Assembly (NCBI GenBank): GCA_042850255.1
Contig: AP031373.1
Span: 1 to 32,000, forward strand
Origin: Nanobdellota archaeon
GTDB taxonomy: Archaea > Nanobdellota > Nanobdellia > Nanobdellales > Nanobdellaceae
DNA: 32,000 nucleotides
Reading direction: 5' to 3'
The notes beneath the pieces were generated by a model, which had not been told where the DNA came from, searched no databases, and saw only the letters and a list, made by a program, of their open reading frames with translations. This document shows positions 24,912 through 32,000 of the stretch, in pieces (the first letter of the stretch is position 1; every line of letters starts with the position of its first letter). The translations under genes and the position numbers were made by a program.

Positions 24912-26155
24912 TGATGGACCCATATAAAATTAGAGAAGATTTTCCAATATTAAAAAGGAAAATAAATGGAAAGAATTTAGTATATTTTGATAATGCAGCA
25001 ACAACACAAAAACCATTGAGAGTAATAAATAAGTTTGTAGAAGTATATACACAATATTATGCAAATATACATAGGGGAGTTCATACATTGTCACAAGAAG
25101 CTTCTGATAAATATGAAGAAGCGCATAAATTAGTTGCGGAATTTCTAAATGCAAAAGATTGGAGAGAAATAATATTTACTAGAAATGCTACAGAATCAAT
25201 AAATTTATTTGCATATTCTTATGGATTAAATAATTTAAAGAGAGATGATAAAATTGTATTGACAAAGATGGAACATCATGCAAATTTAGTACCTTGGCAA
25301 TATGTTTCACAAAAAACAGGAGCAAGAATTGAATATATAGATTTTGATAAAGATTATAGATTAGATTTAAATCAAGCAGAAAAAATAATTGATGAAAAAA
25401 CAAAAATAGTTGCAATAACTCATGCTTCAAATGTACTAGGTACTGTAAATCCAATAAAAGATATAATAAAAATTGCACATGAAAAAGGAGCAATTGTATT
25501 AATAGACGGAGCACAAAGTATTCCACATACAAAAATAGATGTTAAAAAATATGATATAGATTTTTTAGCATTTAGTGCACATAAAATGATGGGACCAGAT
25601 GGAATTGGAGTATTATATGGAAAAGAAGAAATATTAGAAAAAATGGATCCATTCTTAAGAGGAGGAGATATGATAAAAGATGTAGATTTATATAATGCAG
25701 AATGGAATGATCTACCATGGAAATTTGAAGCAGGGACTCCAAATATTGCGGGAGGAATTGTATTTGGTGAAACAATAAGATATATAAATGAAATTGGAAT
25801 GGAAAATATAGAAGAATATGATAAATATATTACAAAATATTTTATTGAAAAATATAATGAATATAATATAAATGATTTAATATTAATAGGACCAAACGAT
25901 TATAAAGATAGAACTCCTACATTTTCTTTCTACACCAAAAAATATAATTCACATCAAATCGCAAAGTTATTAGATTTGAATGGAATAGAAGTAAGATCAG
26001 GATTCCATTGTGCTCATCCATTATTAAAGAATATTAAAATATTTAATAATAACCTATTTAATTTGGGAGGAACATTTAGAGCAAGTTTGTATATATATAA
26101 TACTAAAGAAGAAATAGACTATTTCTTTGAAGTATTAAAAAATTTACTTAAATAG
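24908..26155 (+). CDS. sufS: Cysteine desulfurase SufS/CsdA (class V aminotransferase, PLP-dependent)
   Basis: YFDNAATTQKP, HRGVHTLS, FSAHKMMGPDGIGVLYG (PLP Lys) and RSGFHCAHPL (catalytic Cys loop). Its ATG overlaps the sufB stop (ATGA). Confidence 0.9.
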   Translation: MMMDPYKIREDFPILKRKINGKNLVYFDNAATTQKPLRVINKFVEVYTQYYANIHRGVHTLSQEASDKYEEAHKLVAEFLNAKDWREIIFTRNATESINLFAYSYGLNNLKRDDKIVLTKMEHHANLVPWQYVSQKTGARIEYIDFDKDYRLDLNQAEKIIDEKTKIVAITHASNVLGTVNPIKDIIKIAHEKGAIVLIDGAQSIPHTKIDVKKYDIDFLAFSAHKMMGPDGIGVLYGKEEILEKMDPFLRGGDMIKDVDLYNAEWNDLPWKFEAGTPNIAGGIVFGETIRYINEIGMENIEEYDKYITKYFIEKYNEYNINDLILIGPNDYKDRTPTFSFYTKKYNSHQIAKLLDLNGIEVRSGFHCAHPLLKNIKIFNNNLFNLGGTFRASLYIYNTKEEIDYFFEVLKNLLK

Positions 26156-28456
26156 CCAATTATATATTATTTTTATACTTTTCTTTATTTTTCTTCTAGC
26201 TTCAAATTTTTTTAAACCAAAATAATCTGATATTTTATTAAAACTCCATGATAATAAAAATTTTCCTATTAATACCTCTTCATCCTCTATCTTTGGTTTA
26301 TCCTTATCTGTATATAATAAATAATATATATATAGTAATTTTGCAACATCTGCAGCAGCTTCATATGTCATAGGTGATTCTAAGTATCCTTTTAACCTTT
26401 CTATTTGATTATCAGTTAGCAATAATTTAAAGTGAGGTTTAAAGCTATAAGGAGTTTCTAACATTTTTAATATTAATTTTGGTTCTAAATCGAAATATAC
26501 GTCTGATATTTGATTAATTAATCTCCATCTAAATTCATAATTTAATTTTTTCACCATTTTTTCTGTTTCTTCATTTAAAGGTTTTAATACTATTCCAGAA
26601 TATTCTCCAGATACTTTATTCTTTTCCGGAGATAAATGAACTAAAACAAATCCATTTTTTTGCCAAAAGTTTAATAATTCATAAGTAATACCAAAACTAG
26701 ATCCTATCCAATCATAATTATTTTCTTTTCCCCATTTAGCTAATCCTTCCAAAGATATAGATCCCAAACCCAATCCTTGTATTTCTGGTATTGTTGCTAT
26801 TCTAACAACCCTTAACCCCTTTAATTTTGCAAATTCTTTTAATCTATAATGTTTTACAATTATATCGGGTATTATATTTCCTTTTGGTTTAAAGTCTTTT
26901 AACATTCTTTCTATTGTTTCTTCGTCAATATTTCCTTCATAAGCAATTTGTATTCCATTAACAATTTTTCCATTATTTAATTCTAATACAAAAGCATCAT
27001 GATGAGGAGCATCTGCAAGCATTGCTACATCATTCGGTTTATTTTGGTAATGAGCAAGAATATATATCCCAACAAAACTTTTTAATTTTGGATTATCATT
27101 ATAAAACCAATCTTTTAATGGTATTTTATAAAATCTAACTTTTCTATTTTTTATTAATTCTATATCTTCATTATTTATTTCATCAGGTTCAGAATCTAAT
27201 AATAATGTATCATATAACCATTTTTCAATTGGATCTCCTTCTCCATATCTTATTGGCTCTACCATATTATACTTATATATTTTAACACCAGTTAAATTAT
27301 TCAAATATTTCAGAAATCTTACAGAAAATGATCTTCCAGCTCCTTCATATCCATGAATGGTAGAAGAGAATACTATCTTTTTATATTTTTCCACAAACCT
27401 ATATAAAAATAGAATACCAATTCCTGCTGCTTCATCAACAAACAAAATATCATAATTTTTCTTTAGAATATCAGAGGGTTTTCTATATTCTATATATATT
27501 TTATTTTTTATAGCTATTTTATCTTTTCTTATTTCTTTATATTCTATATTATTTTTATTTAATCCCAATTTTAAAAATTCAAACAATGTTTCTACATTAT
27601 CAAATTCTGGAGCAGTAATCCCTATATCATATATTTTATTTTTTTCTAATAATATTTCAACCAAACCTGCTATAGATAATCCTAAAGAAGCACTCTTGCC
27701 TCTGCCTCTATCAGCTATAATTAAAAATATTGATTTTTCATTTTTTAATATATTTTCTAACATATTTAACACATTAACCTGATCTTGCGTTAAACATAAC
27801 TTATATATTCTATCTGAAAATATTTTATTTTCATTTATTATTAATTTTTTTCTTCCAGGAGGAACTGCTTTATTTATATCACAATCATAATTTACTCCTT
27901 TTATTAACCCTTTTTCGATATCATATATTATTATATTATCATATTGCAATAACTTTTGTTTAAATCTATATTCAAAATATTTTCTTACATCTTCTATTTT
28001 ATATGGAGGAGTTAAAAGATGTTCATGAAATGTAGTTATAATTTCTTCAAAATTTTCAAAATCTTTTATTAAGAAAAAGGCAATTCCAGAACCTGATAAT
28101 GTTTCTACAATCCTTCCTATATGATCAGGAGTTAAAGATTTATACATATCCAATATTAATATATCAAATGTTTTACCTAATATATCTTTAGAATCTTTAT
28201 ATTTTATTTTCTTTATATTAAATTCTTTTAATTTTTCTTCTATTTTTTCATATCTATATAGAAAATCTCCATAATAATCTTCTGTAGCATATAAAATATT
28301 TATGTCTTGTTTAAAGTTTTTTATTACTTCATAATATCTATTAATTAATTGATATAATAATTCAAAATAATTATTTCCAGATATAACCACAATCCCTCTA
28401 TAATTGTTACTTATTATATTGCATAATAATTTATCATAATTTTCCATAAGGTCCAT
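26144..28456 (-). CDS. tmcA: tRNA(Met) cytidine acetyltransferase TmcA / Nat10-type RNA acetyltransferase (DUF1726-helicase-GNAT)
   Basis: IIADRGRGKSASLGLSIAG (Walker A), FVDEAAGI (Walker B), SSTIHGYEGAGRSFSVRF, and a GNAT region RIATIPEIQGLGLGS. The ORF is 770 aa. Its 3' end overlaps sufS convergently by 12 nt. Confidence 0.88.
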   Translation of the reverse strand: MDLMENYDKLLCNIISNNYRGIVVISGNNYFELLYQLINRYYEVIKNFKQDINILYATEDYYGDFLYRYEKIEEKLKEFNIKKIKYKDSKDILGKTFDILILDMYKSLTPDHIGRIVETLSGSGIAFFLIKDFENFEEIITTFHEHLLTPPYKIEDVRKYFEYRFKQKLLQYDNIIIYDIEKGLIKGVNYDCDINKAVPPGRKKLIINENKIFSDRIYKLCLTQDQVNVLNMLENILKNEKSIFLIIADRGRGKSASLGLSIAGLVEILLEKNKIYDIGITAPEFDNVETLFEFLKLGLNKNNIEYKEIRKDKIAIKNKIYIEYRKPSDILKKNYDILFVDEAAGIGILFLYRFVEKYKKIVFSSTIHGYEGAGRSFSVRFLKYLNNLTGVKIYKYNMVEPIRYGEGDPIEKWLYDTLLLDSEPDEINNEDIELIKNRKVRFYKIPLKDWFYNDNPKLKSFVGIYILAHYQNKPNDVAMLADAPHHDAFVLELNNGKIVNGIQIAYEGNIDEETIERMLKDFKPKGNIIPDIIVKHYRLKEFAKLKGLRVVRIATIPEIQGLGLGSISLEGLAKWGKENNYDWIGSSFGITYELLNFWQKNGFVLVHLSPEKNKVSGEYSGIVLKPLNEETEKMVKKLNYEFRWRLINQISDVYFDLEPKLILKMLETPYSFKPHFKLLLTDNQIERLKGYLESPMTYEAAADVAKLLYIYYLLYTDKDKPKIEDEEVLIGKFLLSWSFNKISDYFGLKKFEARRKIKKSIKIIYNWLFK

Positions 28457-28509
28457 AAATATTATCTTAAGAAATGATTTAAGAACCTATTTTATAATTA
28501 TTAAAATAA

Positions 28510-28750
28510 CGTTAAGAAAATGTTAAGTTCCATTAAATGGTTAAATCACTAAATTAATTATATGTTAAACTGATAAAACTTTCATATTAAATTATGTTAA
28601 AATGTTAATTAACTTTATTAATATATTGTTAAACAATATTAAGATGTTAAATAAATCTGTTAATTATATGTTAAATTGATAAAAAATTTTAATTAAATTA
28701 AGTTAAAATGTTAAATTATTATATTAATTATGTGTTAAATTAATGTTAAA
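28510..28750 (+). repeat. Iteron-like array of about 14 direct copies of (A)TGTTAA(A), including an ~81-nt segment duplicated with 106-bp period (28554-28634 and 28660-28740)
   Basis: GTTAA starts at about 28511, 28522, 28540, 28564, 28596, 28603, 28628, 28646, 28659, 28670, 28702, 28710, 28734 and 28744, all on the plus strand. My manual ungapped alignment of the two 81-nt copies gives about 65/81 identities. A perfect palindrome GTTAATTAAC lies at about 28603-28612. No ORF is present. This is the longest non-coding gap in the window (307 bp). Confidence 0.7.
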
Positions 28751-28763
28751 TTTAAATTAAAAA

Positions 28764-30527
28764 TCATAATAAATAATATCTTAATTTTGTATCTAATGAC
28801 TTTAACAATTTTTCATCATCTACTATAACTATAGATAATCCTTTAGTAATACCTCCAGCATATAATCTAGATGTTCTTCCAGATGCTTGTATATAAGATT
28901 TTAAATCAACAATTTTAATATATATATCATTATTTACAATTTCTGTAGAAACATCAGGATTTTCTTTTATTTTTTCTATTATCTCTTTATCTTTTATATA
29001 TTCGGATATCTTATTATATAACCATAAAATATCTTCAGCTATTTTTTTATTATATCCTTCCAAATTTACATTATTTCCTTTAATATATTCATTTATTAAT
29101 CTTAAAGCCTCTGAAGATAATTTTTTTAGATTTTTTCTAATATTATCAACTTTCCTATTAAGATTAATTTTTTCTAATTCTGGTAAAGTAGAAGAAATAA
29201 TAGAAGATAAAATTAAAATATTGTTTATATTTTTATCTAATTTGGTCAAATTTATTTTTATTTTTGGAATCCCAACAAATATAGCATATTTTATTCTTTC
29301 AGGAATATCTAATCCCCTAACTAATATACCATAAGGATCAGATATCCCTATTAATACATTGATCTTTCCATCACTAAAATTTTTAATTATTTCATCTACA
29401 TTTTTAACTTCTGAAGATACATATTCTATATTTACATTATTTTTCTTTAAGAATTCGTATAATTCTTTCATATATTCTACCCCTTTATCTTTAGGTACAA
29501 ATATTAATATTCCATCATTTAGTATTTTTATTAATTTTAAAACTTCATTTTCAATACTTTCAGTTGGATAATAATAAATATCTGTTATATTTCTTATTTT
29601 AGAACTTCCGGTACCTACTGTAAAATTTGCCAATTCTTTATATAATAATACTCTTTTCCCTCTTAAACTTCCAGTAGCAGATGATAATACTATAATACCA
29701 ACATTCTTTTTCTTAATTTCCAAAAATTTTTTGTATATATCACTATTAAAATCTAATCTTCCAGATAATTTTAAATCTATTATTCTTTTAGCTAAACTAA
29801 TTTCTTCTTCATCATATCCTATTAAATTAAAAATTCTTTCTATATTTTTAGATCCTTTAAAGAATGAATCTACATCATCTATAAATACTATATCGAATTT
29901 TTTATCTTTTATTAGATCAAAATTTTTTGATAAAAATTGATTAGAAATAATTAATATTTTATAATTCCCTTCTTTTATTTTTTCTTTTAATTCTTTTTTG
30001 TTATTCCCATAATAATATGCTATATCCAGATTTAAATTTAATTTTGATAAAAATTCATTAAATTTATCTAAAGCTTGTTTTACCAATAATCTTGTAGGTA
30101 AAACAATTAATACCCTTTTATTATATTTCCAGGAGAAATATATAGATGCTACAGTTATGAATGTTGATTTTCCTATTCCAGTTGGAGCAATCATAGAAAA
30201 ACTAGAATTTTTATATAATCTTTTAAACCACATTAATTGTATCTTCCAAGGATAATTATTAATTAAACTATTAAAGAATTCTTTAAATTGCTTTGTTTCT
30301 TTATATAATTTATATATCTCCTCAAAATTTTTTAATCTATTTTTTTCTTTTAATTTTTTGTATAAAATTTCCATAAATTCATTTTCATCTTTTATATTAA
30401 TTAGATCTAATATTTCATTCTCATTTAAATCTTCTTCACATGGTAATGCATTTGATAATCTATATGATGATATTAAATTACCACAATTGAAGCATAAATT
30501 TTTTATATATAAAGGTATATAATCCAT
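28764..30527 (-). CDS. rgy: Reverse gyrase, N-terminal zinc-finger plus helicase-like module only (stand-alone split subunit; no topoisomerase IA domain)
   Basis: There is an N-terminal Cys motif (NLCFNCGN...PCEE). The SF2 helicase motifs are MIAPTGIGKSTF (I), FIDDVDSF (II), SSATG (III) and QASGRTSRLYAGGITKGLS (VI). The ORF terminates about 35 aa after motif VI. The next downstream gene is tmcA, not a topoisomerase domain. Confidence 0.85.
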   Translation of the reverse strand: MDYIPLYIKNLCFNCGNLISSYRLSNALPCEEDLNENEILDLINIKDENEFMEILYKKLKEKNRLKNFEEIYKLYKETKQFKEFFNSLINNYPWKIQLMWFKRLYKNSSFSMIAPTGIGKSTFITVASIYFSWKYNKRVLIVLPTRLLVKQALDKFNEFLSKLNLNLDIAYYYGNNKKELKEKIKEGNYKILIISNQFLSKNFDLIKDKKFDIVFIDDVDSFFKGSKNIERIFNLIGYDEEEISLAKRIIDLKLSGRLDFNSDIYKKFLEIKKKNVGIIVLSSATGSLRGKRVLLYKELANFTVGTGSSKIRNITDIYYYPTESIENEVLKLIKILNDGILIFVPKDKGVEYMKELYEFLKKNNVNIEYVSSEVKNVDEIIKNFSDGKINVLIGISDPYGILVRGLDIPERIKYAIFVGIPKIKINLTKLDKNINNILILSSIISSTLPELEKINLNRKVDNIRKNLKKLSSEALRLINEYIKGNNVNLEGYNKKIAEDILWLYNKISEYIKDKEIIEKIKENPDVSTEIVNNDIYIKIVDLKSYIQASGRTSRLYAGGITKGLSIVIVDDEKLLKSLDTKLRYYLL

Positions 30528-30565
30528 ATCTTCTAATTTTAAAATTTAATTTATAAATTATTTTT

Positions 30566-31165
30566 ATGGATATTTCTGATATATTTACTCAATTACAAAG
30601 AGAAAAAGAAAGAAAAAATCTTGAAAAATTACAAAAAGACTTTTATATTAAAATTTCTGAGATGATAAAAAGATATAAAAAACAATTAGAATTATATAAA
30701 GTAGATAGTAAAGAATATAGAGACCTAAATTCCACTATATATAAAATAAAAGAATCTGTTTATGAATTAATTAATATAAGAATAGAAAAAATAGTAAAAA
30801 TGACATTATTAGAAGTAAAAGAAAATTTAAATGCAATTCCTGAAGAAAATTTAGAAGAAGAAGAAAAATTATTATATAAAATATTAAAAAATTTACTGGT
30901 TTCTTTTAAAAATAATATAACAGATAAGATAGTAGAAGGTGAAGAAATAGATGTAAATAATTTCTTTAATAGTATTGGAAAAGAAGTAATTATATCACAA
31001 GATAAAGTTGATAAAGAAATATTGATAATAAAAAATGATCTTCCAAAGATAGTAGGACCAAATGGTAAGATATATGGACCCTTTAAAGTAGGAGATATAT
31101 TATTTATAGAGAAAAGTTTAGCAGAAAAGATGGAAAATGTAAAGATTGGAAAAAGAATTTCTTAA
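30566..31165 (+). CDS. Putative GINS complex subunit (Gins51/Gins15-like)
   Basis: The ORF is 199 aa. The N-terminal helical region (DIFTQLQREKERKNLEKLQKDFY...) and the C-terminal segment (DLPKIVGPNGKIYGPFKVGDILFIEKSLAEKM) resemble the archaeal Gins51 A and B domains (L..E....L..l..dFY; YGPFK.GD) as I remember the family pattern. This is not search-verified. Confidence 0.5.
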   Translation: MDISDIFTQLQREKERKNLEKLQKDFYIKISEMIKRYKKQLELYKVDSKEYRDLNSTIYKIKESVYELINIRIEKIVKMTLLEVKENLNAIPEENLEEEEKLLYKILKNLLVSFKNNITDKIVEGEEIDVNNFFNSIGKEVIISQDKVDKEILIIKNDLPKIVGPNGKIYGPFKVGDILFIEKSLAEKMENVKIGKRIS

Positions 31166-31198
31166 AACTTATAAAAGTATTTATCTATCTTATAATTA

Positions 31199-31513
31199 AT
31201 GAAAATTCCAAAAAGTATAAACAAGTATTGTCCATATTGTAGAAAGGTTACTCAACATAAGGTTATCATAGTAAAATCTGTAAAAGCTAGAACTGGTTTA
31301 GTATGGGGAGCTAGAAGAGCAAGAGAAGGAAAGAAAGGAATAGGAAATAAAGGAAAATATAGTAAAAGACCATTATCTCAAAGAAAAAGAGGGATTATAA
31401 AAACATCAAAGGGAGTAGATATAAGAATAGAATGTCAAGTATGTAAAAAACAAAGTATATGGAACATAACTGGAAGGTATAAAAAAGTTGAATATTCTAC
31501 AGCAATAAGATGA
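31199..31513 (+). CDS. rpl44e: 50S ribosomal protein L44e (eL42)
   Basis: KYCPYCRKVTQHKV...GARRAREGKKGIGNKGKYSKRP...IECQVCKK shows the C-x2-C...C-x2-C zinc ribbon and the basic core typical of L44e. Confidence 0.9.
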   Translation: MKIPKSINKYCPYCRKVTQHKVIIVKSVKARTGLVWGARRAREGKKGIGNKGKYSKRPLSQRKRGIIKTSKGVDIRIECQVCKKQSIWNITGRYKKVEYSTAIR

Positions 31514-31983
31514 AGGCTAAATTATATTTCGAAGCCTTTAGTAATGATAAAGATAAACTCATAGAAGTATTAGATAAAACGTTATATAATAATATTTCCC
31601 AATTTAAGAATTTTCAAATAATAGAGAAAAAAGTTGCAGATCCAATAGAAAAAGAAATAAAAACACCTGACGGTAAAAATATTAAAGGATGGTCTTCCTA
31701 TTTAGAAGTTTATGCTGATTTTAGAGATTTTGATTCATTACTAGATTTTATATTATTTTATACACCTTCCAGAATAGATGTTGAAGATATAAAAGAAATA
31801 AAGATAACAGCAAAGGATGAAGAAGTTAAACTAAATAGAGAAAAAATTAATTTATTATTAAATCAGATATCTCAAGCAATATTTACTAAGGTTACTGCAT
31901 TAGCAAATGCATATATAGCACAAATTAAAAACCCACAATCTCAACAAAAACCTCCAACAGATTTAAAAGTTCCAAAAAGCTAG
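31510..31983 (+). CDS. Hypothetical protein (157 aa), translationally coupled to rpl44e
   Basis: Its ATG overlaps the rpl44e TGA (ATGA). I recognise no motif. It has no Zn-ribbon, so it is not S27e. Confidence 0.4.
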   Translation: MKAKLYFEAFSNDKDKLIEVLDKTLYNNISQFKNFQIIEKKVADPIEKEIKTPDGKNIKGWSSYLEVYADFRDFDSLLDFILFYTPSRIDVEDIKEIKITAKDEEVKLNREKINLLLNQISQAIFTKVTALANAYIAQIKNPQSQQKPPTDLKVPKS

Positions 31984-32000
31984 CCAAAATAATATTCTCT

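Noticed and set aside
28510-28750. Possible CRISPR array
   Set aside because: The repeat unit is only about 7-8 nt with irregular spacings of 7-32 nt. There are no 25-40 nt repeats alternating with unique spacers, and no cas genes in the window. It is not a CRISPR array.
28764-30527. Reverse gyrase helicase half as a pseudogene or truncated by frameshift
   Set aside because: The ORF is intact from the Zn-finger to motif VI and ends at the natural domain boundary. No topoisomerase-like sequence follows in any frame downstream. A functional split gene, as known in N. equitans, is the simpler reading.

Overview
This is an extremely AT-rich archaeal chromosome segment (about three quarters A+T by eye, not computed). 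It is tightly packed, with roughly 30 genes, many 4-44 nt gene overlaps and ATGA stop/start junctions. Four tRNA genes (Lys-UUU, Asp-GUC, Thr-UGU, Glu-UUC) stand out as GC-rich islands; all are contiguous, intron-less and lack an encoded CCA.

Recognisable content:
- An N-glycosylation block: NDP-sugar pyrophosphorylase, a very large AglB/STT3 with WWDYG, an AglH-like GT4 phosphotransferase, a Wzx-type flippase and a PfkB kinase.
- The conserved archaeal rps28e-rpl24e-ndk cluster. rpl24e is below the ORF-track size cut-off and was found by hand.
- A same-strand cluster of tRNA-Thr, both subunits of a heteromeric tRNA splicing endonuclease, a ThrRS without an editing domain, a small kinase-fold ORF and tRNA-Asp.
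- Three archaellin-type genes, plus one pilin-like gene beside two divergently transcribed single-domain FlaJ/TadC halves.
- A 1219-aa secreted Ig-repeat and beta-helix surface protein.
- A RumA/TrmA-type methyltransferase, sufB-sufS, tmcA, a stand-alone reverse gyrase helicase half, a GINS51-like gene and rpl44e.

A split reverse gyrase, an alpha/beta endonuclease, split or truncated genes, extreme compaction and GC-rich tRNAs in AT-rich DNA together suggest a thermophilic Nanoarchaeota/DPANN-type ectosymbiont. It would be related to, but distinct from, Nanoarchaeum equitans. This assignment is an inference with no database search.

Most interesting leads:
1. A 307-bp intergenic array of about 14 direct ATGTTAAA-like repeats containing a 106-bp-period duplication.
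2. The split, head-to-head FlaJ/TadC halves with a pilin-like gene.
3. The giant, sequon-dense surface protein embedded among archaellin genes. Its upstream region shares a 17-nt composite palindrome with the archaellin operon.
4. The tRNA-Thr/endonuclease/ThrRS/tRNA-Asp unit, where tRNA-Asp abuts a stop codon.

Coordinates I located by hand may be off by 1-2 nt.
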